Assembly: GCF_000015025.1 (NCBI RefSeq)
Contig: NC_008578.1
Location: 1,110,001 to 1,142,000, forward strand
Length of the DNA: 32,000 nt
Direction: 5' to 3'
DNA from: Acidothermus cellulolyticus 11B
GTDB taxonomy: Bacteria; Actinomycetota; Actinomycetes; Acidothermales; Acidothermaceae
The notes below the pieces were generated by a model. That model was not told the origin of the DNA. It did no database searches and was given only the letters and a program-made list of their open reading frames with translations. Below, in pieces: positions 19,846 to 27,468 of the stretch (position 1 is its first letter; each line of letters starts with the position of its first letter). A program made the translations under genes and the position numbers.

Positions 19846-20373
19846 ATGGCCTTCATGCGCAAGGCGGCTGTCTACCTCGGCTTGGTCGAGGACGACGAGG
19901 AGCGCTACGAGGACTACGACGACTACGACGATGCCGAACCGCATCGCCGTGAGCCTCGTGAGGCCGTGGAACGCGACCTTGGCTCACGGCGAACTGCGGT
20001 CGTGCGGCGGATGGATGCGCGGGAGTCGAGTCCCGCCGACCCTGCGGAGCTGCGGCGGGTCAGCGAGCCCGCACCGACCGAGCGTCCGACTCCGCCGCTT
20101 CGGGTCACGACGCTGCACCCACGCACCTATAACGAAGCGCGGGCGATCGGCGAGCACTTCCGGGAAGGCATTCCGGTGATCATGAATCTCACCGAGATGG
20201 ACGACGCGGACGCTAAGCGGCTCGTTGACTTCGCAGCCGGCTTGACCTTCGGTCTCCGCGGGAGCATTGAACGGATCACCAGTAAGGTCTTCCTTCTCTC
20301 GCCGCGGAACGTCGAAGTGACCGCAGAGGACAAGCGCCGCATGGCTGAGGGCGGCTTCTTCAACCAGTCCTGA
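19846..20373 (+). CDS. sepF: cell division protein SepF
   Basis: N-terminal amphipathic MAFMRKAAVYLGL, an acidic linker, and the conserved C-domain LHPRTYNEARAIGEHFREGIPVIMNLTEMDDADAKRLVDFAAGLTFGLRGSIERITSKVFLLSP are present. GGAGGAAG precedes the ATG. Confidence 0.92.
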   Translation: MAFMRKAAVYLGLVEDDEERYEDYDDYDDAEPHRREPREAVERDLGSRRTAVVRRMDARESSPADPAELRRVSEPAPTERPTPPLRVTTLHPRTYNEARAIGEHFREGIPVIMNLTEMDDADAKRLVDFAAGLTFGLRGSIERITSKVFLLSPRNVEVTAEDKRRMAEGGFFNQS

Positions 20374-20449
20374 CGATCTGAAGGTCAATGCCGGAGGCTG
20401 TGTCCCACCGCCCGGCACCGCGCGGTTCCAGGTCAACCGTCATCGTCAG

Positions 20450-20467
20450 GCGACGGCCCCGCGTCGC
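20450..20467. terminator. hairpin between convergent sepF and the minus-strand membrane-protein gene
   Basis: GCGACG-gccccg-CGTCGC forms a 6-bp stem with a 6-nt loop in the 166-bp convergent gap. Confidence 0.3.
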
Positions 20468-20539
20468 TCGCGTGTGTCTCGGCTGCGCAGCCCCGTCACA
20501 CCCGGTACCTTGTCGCGGGCGCAACCCGGTGCACGTTCC

Positions 20540-21514
20540 CTACTGCTTGGTCATCGTCCAGGAACCATCCGATTCGATCTGCACGAGCCCCGAAGCCGAG
20601 ATCGGCACGGTACCGTGATAGTTCCCGATGGTGTTGACCAACAGGTCAGGGAAGTCGCCACCAAGTGCGGTCACGACGAAGTTGTCCTGGCCCTGATTTG
20701 TGATCAGGAAGGCGGCTGGTCCACCGGTGTAGTTGACAACCTCGTCGCCCTTGCCGGAAATCGTGGTGTCGAAGTTCCGTGCCGTTCGGGGATCGGCCAG
20801 TGTGATGGACCACGGGCCGGTCGCTGTCACCTTGAGGGCGGTCGTGTCCTGCGAGAACGAGTTCGGCCCGTCGAGGAGCACGGTGCCGTGGTAGGCGCCG
20901 ATCGTATTGATGAGGACGTCGGTGCTGCTGAGATCCGGCCCGAGCGCTTCAACCACAAAGTTGTTCGCGCCGCCTTGGTACGTGGCCGTGAGCAGCACCG
21001 GGCCGCTCACCGGTTTGGTGATGTGGACGACGGAATCGCCCTGCCCCGAGTAGCTGCGCGGCGACGCGATCGGCGTCTGTGCCGGGGTTGCCGGCTCGGT
21101 AGACGCCTCGGTCGCTGCCGCGGACTCCGGCGTGGAGCCCGTCGCGGCCGTCGTCACCAGCCCGGACGATGCGGCTGCTGTGCTCTGCGCCGCACCTGAC
21201 GTCGCAGCATTCGTCTTGCTCGGCGTCGGATGCGACGTCGCAACGGCGATCACGACAATGAGCACGATCAGAACGCCCAGCCCGGTGAGAATCTTGTGCC
21301 GGGCGAACCACGATGTGCGGGCCGGGCCGGCCGGCGGAGTGTATCCCTGGGCTGTCGGTGGTGGTGTGCCGGGCCGCGGCTGCGGTGCCGAGGTTGTCGG
21401 TTCGGCGGACGACGCGGCGCCCGTCGCGTGTCCGGTACCGTGGGCCGGCGGTGTCAGGCCTCCGGGAGATGGCGCTGCGCCACCCGGTGCCGGCGTGTCG
21501 TCGTTGTTGACCAT
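20540..21514 (-). CDS. single-pass membrane-anchored protein: Pro-rich N-terminus, TM, Ala/Thr/Ser linker, two tandem ~75-aa beta-rich modules
   Basis: ATG (rc of 21512-21514) is preceded by GAGGAGGA. The TM segment is ILTGLGVLIVLIVVIAVA, after WFARHK. Modules at aa 155-239 and 252-322 share the pattern sGxGDxVV...G...Q..NFVV.ALG...D.L.NTIG.YHGTV...G.W..T. The ORF-track start 21631 adds 39 unlikely codons. Confidence 0.7.
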   Translation of the reverse strand: MVNNDDTPAPGGAAPSPGGLTPPAHGTGHATGAASSAEPTTSAPQPRPGTPPPTAQGYTPPAGPARTSWFARHKILTGLGVLIVLIVVIAVATSHPTPSKTNAATSGAAQSTAAASSGLVTTAATGSTPESAAATEASTEPATPAQTPIASPRSYSGQGDSVVHITKPVSGPVLLTATYQGGANNFVVEALGPDLSSTDVLINTIGAYHGTVLLDGPNSFSQDTTALKVTATGPWSITLADPRTARNFDTTISGKGDEVVNYTGGPAAFLITNQGQDNFVVTALGGDFPDLLVNTIGNYHGTVPISASGLVQIESDGSWTMTKQ

Positions 21515-21736
21515 GTAGTCCTCCTCGCGTGATGCGCCCGACCGTTGGCAGGTCGGGTCCCGGCAGCCCGCCGGGAGGGGCGCCGGCCGGTACGGCCGTG
21601 CGACAGGCATCGTGCGCGGGAGGAGTGACATTTTCGGTGCCGCCGTGGCAGGCGGCGGCCCGGGTCGGGCTAAGCTCGGGTTACCTGCAACGACAAGATC
21701 GCAACGTGGACGGCGAAGGACGGCGATTGCGCACCG

Positions 21737-22021
21737 GTGGCCGCACTGTGGACCCTCATCGAAGTGATCCTCTGGATCTTCTTGATCCTCTTGATCGTAC
21801 GGTTGGTCTTCGACTGGGTGCAGGTGTTCGCACCCGAGTGGCGGCCGCGCGGCGGCGTCCTCGTGGTGCTCGAATTCTGTTACTCGATAACCGATCCGCC
21901 GTTGCGGGCGTTACGCCGGGTGGTGCCGCCCGTGCGGATCGGGCGGTTCGGACTGGACATTGCCTGGATCGGCCTGTTCATCGGCGTGGTGATTCTGCAA
22001 TCCGTCGTGGCGTCCTTATGA
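21737..22021 (+). CDS. yggT: YggT/YlmG-family small membrane protein
   Basis: 94 aa with two hydrophobic segments and the motif ITDPPLRALRRVVPP. It occupies the conserved position upstream of divIVA. Confidence 0.85.
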   Translation: MAALWTLIEVILWIFLILLIVRLVFDWVQVFAPEWRPRGGVLVVLEFCYSITDPPLRALRRVVPPVRIGRFGLDIAWIGLFIGVVILQSVVASL

Positions 22022-22055
22022 TCCGGTCAATGCCTACTCATGTGAGGTGACAGCC

Positions 22056-22964
22056 ATGCCGCTCACCGCTGAGGACGTGAAGAACAAGCAGTTCACGCAT
22101 TCGCGGTTTCGTGGCGGGTACGACGAAGCCGAGGTTGACGAATTCCTGGACCAAGTCGAAGCCGAACTCGCCCGCCTGCACCGGGAGAATGCCGACCTGC
22201 GGGCGCGGTTGCAAGCCGCTGAACAGGCCCTGCGAGACGCCCAGCAGGCGGCTTCCGGTGGGTCCGCCGGCGCTCCGGCGCCGGTCCAGGTTGGCGAGGA
22301 TCCGCAGCAGGCCGCTGTCCGCGTGCTGGCCGCCGCCCAGCGGACGGCCGATGAGATGGTGGCCGAGGCGAAACGGGACGCCGAGAAGATCATTTCTGAT
22401 GCGCGGGCGCGGGTCGAGCAGTTGGAGCGCGAGACGCAGGAGCGGCACCGGGCAGTGATCGGCAACTTGGACGCCGAGCGCGAGAAGCTGGAACGCCGGG
22501 TTGATGAACTCCGGGCGTTCGAGCGCGAGTACCGCGCCCGGCTCAAGGCCTACCTGGAGGCGCAGCTGCGGGACCTCGAGGGCCGCGGTACGGATACACC
22601 CCGGCCGGCTCCGGCGACAACGGCTCCGCCGGCATCGGGTCCGGCGACAGCGGGACCAGCGGTTCCACCGCTCGCCCCGCCGGCGCAGCCGAGGCCTGCC
22701 AGCCCCTTTGTGCCCGGCACCCCTCCGGGTCAGCCCGGCGGCGGTACCTCGTCCGGTGCAGCACCGTTCAGCGCAGGTTCGCCGTCATCGCTACCGGCAG
22801 GCTTCGGTGGAGCGGCCGCGGGCACCCAGACCCCGTCCGGCAACATCCCGGCGCCGCCCACTCTCGGTGGACCGCCCAGTGGCCCTGGTGGACCGCCGGA
22901 CCAGAAGCCGCCGAGTGGGTTCGAGGTGGACGAAGGTCCGGAAATTCCGCCGACCAATGGCTGA
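22056..22964 (+). CDS. divIVA: DivIVA/Wag31 polar scaffold protein
   Basis: MPLTAEDVKNKQFTHSRFRGGYDEAEVDEFLDQVEAEL is the canonical N-terminus. Coiled-coil segments follow, then a ~115-aa Pro/Gly/Ala-rich C-terminal tail. GAGGTGA lies upstream of ATG 22056. Confidence 0.93.
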   Translation: MPLTAEDVKNKQFTHSRFRGGYDEAEVDEFLDQVEAELARLHRENADLRARLQAAEQALRDAQQAASGGSAGAPAPVQVGEDPQQAAVRVLAAAQRTADEMVAEAKRDAEKIISDARARVEQLERETQERHRAVIGNLDAEREKLERRVDELRAFEREYRARLKAYLEAQLRDLEGRGTDTPRPAPATTAPPASGPATAGPAVPPLAPPAQPRPASPFVPGTPPGQPGGGTSSGAAPFSAGSPSSLPAGFGGAAAGTQTPSGNIPAPPTLGGPPSGPGGPPDQKPPSGFEVDEGPEIPPTNG

Positions 22965-22976
22965 TCTGGCCGCATC

Positions 22977-23156
22977 GTGATTGTGATCAAAATCAGCGGC
23001 GCCGCGGTGTTCATCGCTGCGGCACTCGTCGGCGCCGGGGTCTTGTTCTCGCGTCCGGCGTTGTACTACGTGGCAATCGGTCTGTGCGTCGCCGCCTTCC
23101 TCGCTGTGATCGCGAGTGCAATTCCGTGGCGTCGTCGTCCCCGCCGCTACCCGTAA
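22977..23156 (+). CDS. small (59 aa) predicted two-TM membrane protein, not in the ORF track
   Basis: Hand translation gives VIVIKISGAAVFIAAALVGAGVLFSRPALYYVAIGLCVAAFLAVIASAIPWRRRPRRYP*. It has two hydrophobic helices, a basic tail and mostly G/C third positions. It starts 4 codons after the divIVA stop, in the same frame. Confidence 0.5.
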   Translation: MIVIKISGAAVFIAAALVGAGVLFSRPALYYVAIGLCVAAFLAVIASAIPWRRRPRRYP

Positions 23157-23252
23157 TCCGCGGCCGAACGCGACCGGTCCTCCGATCCGCGGCCGCCCTG
23201 CGGACTGCTCGTGGCGGCTGTGGCCGCTCACCTGCCCGAATGGCGTGGGGTG

Positions 23253-23753
23253 TCAGCTGCCGGGGTCGGTGACCGCCGTTGGCCAGCGGGACCGCTGCCG
23301 GAACGGATCCCGCGCGGGCGGCATCGGCATCGTGAGCCGCGTGCCGTCGACAGACAGGCCGGTGAGCGCGAGCACCCGGGCCAGGATGGACGCCGTCGTT
23401 TCGCCCCGCGCCACTCCGTCGGCGGTGACCATCGCACGGTAAATCGTGGCGTAGTGCTTGACCGGTGTGTTGTAGCTCCAGTCCACCGATCCCAGGTGAA
23501 CGGCGCTGCCACGGGTGCCGCCGGGCCCGTCAAACGGGCCGCTCCACACCTGGATGCCGGCCGGCCCCGCCGCGAAATGACCGCCGTTTCCGACGTCGTG
23601 GAGCCGCGCTTGGGCGATGAGCTCGCGGGTTTCCCGCTCGGGGAGGACGAGCGCCGGCCGGATCTGGCTGGCGAGGGCTGGGACGGCGACCGCCCCGGGA
23701 CGCAGCGACACGTTGGGCAGCGGCGGCTGGCCGACGTGAGGGACTACCGCCAC
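23253..23753 (-). CDS. hypothetical protein (166 aa), function not recognised
   Basis: By hand reading, third codon positions are strongly G/C-biased. GTG start lies 5 nt after GGGAGG (rc of 23759-23764). The composition is non-repetitive and globular-looking: ...VWSGPFDGPGGTRGSAVHLGSVDWSYNTPVKHYATIYRAMVTADG... Confidence 0.6.
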   Translation of the reverse strand: MAVVPHVGQPPLPNVSLRPGAVAVPALASQIRPALVLPERETRELIAQARLHDVGNGGHFAAGPAGIQVWSGPFDGPGGTRGSAVHLGSVDWSYNTPVKHYATIYRAMVTADGVARGETTASILARVLALTGLSVDGTRLTMPMPPARDPFRQRSRWPTAVTDPGS

Positions 23754-23986
23754 TTCAACCTCCCGTCACGCATCCACGAATAGGGCTGCGCGGGGCGGCG
23801 GTCCGGCCGACTCGCCGCCGTGCGTGCCAGCTGACCCGACCGCCTATCCCCGTGTTCCTTGGATCGGCAGCCGGGGGGAGTCACCTTGACTGCGCCGAAT
23901 GGGTGGTTCCGGCATCGACCGATAGGACGATCTCCCGGGCGGGCGGCCGTCGGCCGTATCTGCAGCATCGGACGGTCGTCGGCCGC

Positions 23987-24046
23987 CCCGGATCACCGGG
24001 CCGGCCGCCTGCCCTACCCGGATCACCGGGCCACCCGCCTGCCGCG
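23987..24046. repeat. 2 x 30-nt tandem direct repeat, each unit containing a small hairpin
   Basis: The units are cccggatcaccgggccGGccgcctgcc(cta) and cccggatcaccgggccACccgcctgcc(gcg). The core is 25/27 identical. Each starts with CCCGG-atca-CCGGG. Confidence 0.8.
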
Positions 24047-24065
24047 CCGGCGTCGAGGCCGGCGC
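24044..24065 (-). terminator. candidate ileS intrinsic terminator hairpin
   Basis: A perfect 8-bp GC stem GCGCCGGC-6 nt-GCCGGCGC begins 5 nt after the ileS stop. No U-tract follows. Confidence 0.45.
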
Positions 24066-24069
24066 GTGG

Positions 24070-27000
24070 CTAGCCGCCTGCCGTTCGCAACCACGCGGTG
24101 AGACGGAGGTCATCGTCGTGGTGGGTGCGGATCTCGGCGTTCGGCCGGCCTTCGGTGAATGCGACGGCCAGCACCTCGGTGCTGATCAGCTTGGCGTGCT
24201 CGCGGATCGCGGCGGCCACGTCGTCGCGCTCCGCCTGCCACCACACCTCGATCCGATCGCTGATGTCGAGGCCGGAATTCTTCCGGGCGTCTTGCAGAAA
24301 TCGGATGACTTCGCGGGCGATTCCGGCGGAGACGAGCTCGGGCGTTAGTTCGATGTCGAGCGCGACGAAAATCTCACCGTCGCTGGCGACCACCCAGCCT
24401 TCCGCCGGTGCCTCGGAGACGATGACGTCGTCCGGGCCAAGGTCGACGGGTTCACCGTCGACCGTCACCTGCACGGTGCCGCGCTCGGACAGTTCGCGGC
24501 TGAGCGCGTTCGGCTCCGCAGCGGTGATTGCGGCGGCGATGCGCGGCGTACGCTGCCCGAAACGCTTTCCAAGGGCCCGGAAATTCGGTTTCACCATCCT
24601 GGTGATCACGTGTACGTCGCTGGTCGATGCGTCGACGACCTGCCGTACGTTGAGCTCGTCCGCGACCTGCTCGACCAGCTCGGCGGGTAGGTCGCTCCAT
24701 CCGCGGGCCCGCACCAGCGCCCGGCGCAACGGTTGCCGGACCCGCAGCTTCGACTCGGCCCGTGCCGCCCGGCCGAGTTCGACCACTTTGCGCAGCAGGG
24801 CCATCTGCGCGTCGAGCGCTGGGTCGATTCGCGCCGGATCCGCGGCCGGCCACTCCCGCAGGTGCACGGAGTCGGGCGCCGACGGCACCATCTCGGTCAC
24901 CAGGCAGGAGTGGACGTAATCGGTGATGAACGGCACGAACGGCGCGAGCAGCCGGGTCAGCACTTCCAGGCACTCGTACAGGGTCGCGAGCGCAGCCGCA
25001 TCGCCTTCCCAGAACCGCCGGCGGCTGCGCCGCACGTACCAGTTCGACAAATCGTCGATCAATTCGCTGAGCCGTCGTCCGGCACCGGCGGAATCGAAGG
25101 ACTCCAGCGCGTTGTCCACCTCGGCAGTCGTGGCATGCACGCGGCTGAGCGCCCAGCGGTCCAGCAGCGGCCGGGTCTCGACCGGGGGTGCCGGGTCGGA
25201 CGGCGTCCACCCGCTGGCGTTCGCGTACAAGACGAAGAAGGACGCCGTGTTCCAGTAGGTGAGCAGGACCTTGCGGACCACTTCGTCGAGGGCGTCGTGG
25301 CCGACCCGCCGGGGCACCCAGGGCGAGCCCGAGGCAAGCATGAACCAGCGCAACGCATCAGCGCCGTGCCGTTCCATCAGCGGCATGGGCTCCAGGATGT
25401 TGCCGAGGTGCTTGCTCATCTTCCGGCCGTCCTCGGCAAGGATGTGACCGAGGCAGACCACGTTCCGGTAGCTCGATCGGCCGAAGACCAGCGTGCCGAC
25501 GGCCATCAGCGTGTAGAACCAGCCGCGGGTCTGGTCGATGGCTTCGCAGATGAAGTCCGCCGGGTACGACCGCTCGAACTCGTCGACGCCGGCGAATGGG
25601 TATCCGAATTGCGCAAACGGCATGGCGCCGGAGTCGTACCAACCGTCGATCACCTCCGGGACCCGCCGCGCTTCGGCGCCGCAGACCGGGCACGGGAAGG
25701 TGACGGCGTCGACGTACGGTCGGTGTGGATCGAGGCCGCTCAGTTCCTGACCGGCAAGATTGCCGAGTTCCGCCCGGGAGCCGACGCAGGTCACGTGCCC
25801 GGCGGGGCACGTCCACAGCGGCAGCGGCGTTCCCCAGTACCTGTTCCGGGAAAGCGCCCAGTCCACGTTGTTGCGGAGCCAGTCGCCGTACCGGCCATGC
25901 TTGATGGTCTCCGGGAACCAGTTGGTCTTCTCGTTCTCCTCGAGCAGCTTGTCCTTGACGGCAGTCGTCCGGATGTACCACGTCGGCAGCGCGTAGTACA
26001 GCAGCGGCGTGTCGCACCGCCAGCAATGCGGGTAGCTGTGCTCGTACGGCGCGAGCCGCAGCAACAGACCACGCGCCCGCAGGTCGTCGACGAGCACCCG
26101 GTCGGCGTCCTTGAAGAACATGCCGCCGACGAGCGGGACGGTCGGTTGGAACGTGCCGTCCGCGCGGACGGGGTTGACGACCGGCAAGCCGTACACGCGG
26201 CTCACGGCTAAGTCATCCGCACCGAACGCCGGTGCTTGGTGGACCAGACCGGTGCCGTCGTCGGTCGTCACGTATTCGGCGAGGACGACGTAATGCGCTG
26301 CCGCGTCGAAGCTGACGAGGTCGAACGGGCGGCAGTAGCTCCAGCGTTCCATCTCCCGGCCGCGAAGCCGGTCGATGATCCGCGGACTGGTTTGTAATGC
26401 AGCCTCCACCAACGGCGCTGCGACGATGACCGGCGTGCCGTCGCCGGTATCGGCGACGACGTATTCGACGTCCGGATGTACCGCGACTGCCGTGTTGCTG
26501 ACGAGGGTCCACGGCGTCGTTGTCCAGACGAGGAGATCGGCCTTGCCGGCGTACGGGCCGCTGGTGAGCGGGAATCGAACGTAGACGCTGGGATCCGTGA
26601 CGGTCAGATATCCCTGGGCGACCTCGTGATCGGAGAGGGGAGTGCCGCAACGTGGGCAGTAGGGTGCAACCCGGTGGTCCCGTACCAGGAGACCAGCGTC
26701 GAAGATCTTCTTCAGCGACCACCAGACGGAATCGATGTAGGTCGGGTCCATCGTCCAGTACGCCTGGGACATGTCGACCCAGTAGCCCATCCGCTCGGTG
26801 AGGCGTTCGAAGGCGTCGACGTGCCGCTCGACCGATTCGCGGCACTTCGCGTTGAATTCCGCGATGCCGTACGTCTCGATGTCCTGCTTGCCGGAGAATC
26901 CGAGCTCCCGTTCCACCTGCAGTTCCACCGGCAGGCCGTGGCAATCCCACCCGGCCTTCCGGGGAACGTGAAACCCCTTCATGGTCTTGAACCGGGGGAA

Positions 27001-27216
27001 GAGGTCCTTGAATACCCGCGCCTCGACGTGGTGGGTTCCCGGCGTCCCATTGGCGGTCGGCGGTCCTTCATAGAACGTCCACTGCGGCCGGCCGGCCGAC
27101 GCGGCAAGGGACCGTTCGAAGACGCGGGTGTCTCGCCAGCGTTGCAGGACTTCGTGTTCGAGCGCTGGGAGATCGACCTGCGCGGGCAGCGGGGTGAACC
27201 GACGTCTGCCGGACAC
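24070..27216 (-). CDS. ileS: isoleucine--tRNA ligase (long, ~1048-aa type common in Actinobacteria)
   Basis: Class-I synthetase motifs are present: PPTANGTPGTHHV (HIGH-type) and KMSKHLGN (KMSKS). An editing-domain insertion and a long C-terminal extension are present. GTG start lies 7 nt after AGGAAGG. Confidence 0.95.
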   Translation of the reverse strand: MSGRRRFTPLPAQVDLPALEHEVLQRWRDTRVFERSLAASAGRPQWTFYEGPPTANGTPGTHHVEARVFKDLFPRFKTMKGFHVPRKAGWDCHGLPVELQVERELGFSGKQDIETYGIAEFNAKCRESVERHVDAFERLTERMGYWVDMSQAYWTMDPTYIDSVWWSLKKIFDAGLLVRDHRVAPYCPRCGTPLSDHEVAQGYLTVTDPSVYVRFPLTSGPYAGKADLLVWTTTPWTLVSNTAVAVHPDVEYVVADTGDGTPVIVAAPLVEAALQTSPRIIDRLRGREMERWSYCRPFDLVSFDAAAHYVVLAEYVTTDDGTGLVHQAPAFGADDLAVSRVYGLPVVNPVRADGTFQPTVPLVGGMFFKDADRVLVDDLRARGLLLRLAPYEHSYPHCWRCDTPLLYYALPTWYIRTTAVKDKLLEENEKTNWFPETIKHGRYGDWLRNNVDWALSRNRYWGTPLPLWTCPAGHVTCVGSRAELGNLAGQELSGLDPHRPYVDAVTFPCPVCGAEARRVPEVIDGWYDSGAMPFAQFGYPFAGVDEFERSYPADFICEAIDQTRGWFYTLMAVGTLVFGRSSYRNVVCLGHILAEDGRKMSKHLGNILEPMPLMERHGADALRWFMLASGSPWVPRRVGHDALDEVVRKVLLTYWNTASFFVLYANASGWTPSDPAPPVETRPLLDRWALSRVHATTAEVDNALESFDSAGAGRRLSELIDDLSNWYVRRSRRRFWEGDAAALATLYECLEVLTRLLAPFVPFITDYVHSCLVTEMVPSAPDSVHLREWPAADPARIDPALDAQMALLRKVVELGRAARAESKLRVRQPLRRALVRARGWSDLPAELVEQVADELNVRQVVDASTSDVHVITRMVKPNFRALGKRFGQRTPRIAAAITAAEPNALSRELSERGTVQVTVDGEPVDLGPDDVIVSEAPAEGWVVASDGEIFVALDIELTPELVSAGIAREVIRFLQDARKNSGLDISDRIEVWWQAERDDVAAAIREHAKLISTEVLAVAFTEGRPNAEIRTHHDDDLRLTAWLRTAGG

Positions 27217-27400
27217 GGATTCGCCTTCCTGAGCTGGTAAAGAGATCTGGGACTTCCGCTCGGCTGGAAGTCTATGCGGCGATCGCAGGGACCACGCGGT
27301 GGCGGGACGTCGTCGTGCCGCGTACGCTGCGGGCAGCAGCGACGATTCAGGCTCCGGAGTCTGGTGATTCGATCTCCGGCGTGCCGCGTTGCTGCGCGCA
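27217..27400 (-). promoter_or_regulatory. structured ileS 5' leader (possible T-box-type translational control element; not confirmed)
   Basis: On the ileS strand, a perfect 7-bp hairpin GACUUCC-8 nt-GGAAGUC (27251-27272) has a CUUCC arm that is also complementary to the SD AGGAAGG (rc 27224-27230). A UGGU tetramer (rc 27291-27294) is present. A 6-bp hairpin CCGGAG/CUCCGG (27354-27379) carries AUC triplets in its loop. The canonical GGUGGNACCGCG T-box 14-mer was not found. Confidence 0.3.
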
Positions 27401-27468
27401 GCGGAACCGACGTATCCTCTGCTGACCTGCGTGACGATCAGGAATCAGAGAGGTTCGAGGGGGCCTCG

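Noticed and set aside
23770-23860. Partial resemblance, on the minus strand, to ZTP (pfl) riboswitch strings: GGGUCAGCUGGCAC ... GGACCGCCGCCCCG.
   Set aside because: The conserved 3' CCGCCUGGGC-type element is not present. The downstream gene is not a purine or folate gene. The similarity is within what GC-rich sequence yields by chance.
23844-24113. 89-aa minus-strand ORF whose translation contains the repeated GPVIR peptide.
   Set aside because: The repeat is the 30-nt DNA tandem repeat read through. The ORF overlaps the ileS stop region and terminator hairpin, and has no start context.
27280-27310. Search for the canonical T-box core (GGUGGNACCGCG) in the ileS leader.
   Set aside because: On the ileS strand only CCACCGCGUGGU is present. 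GGUGG occurs only on the opposite strand. The element is therefore reported only as a low-confidence, possibly divergent leader.
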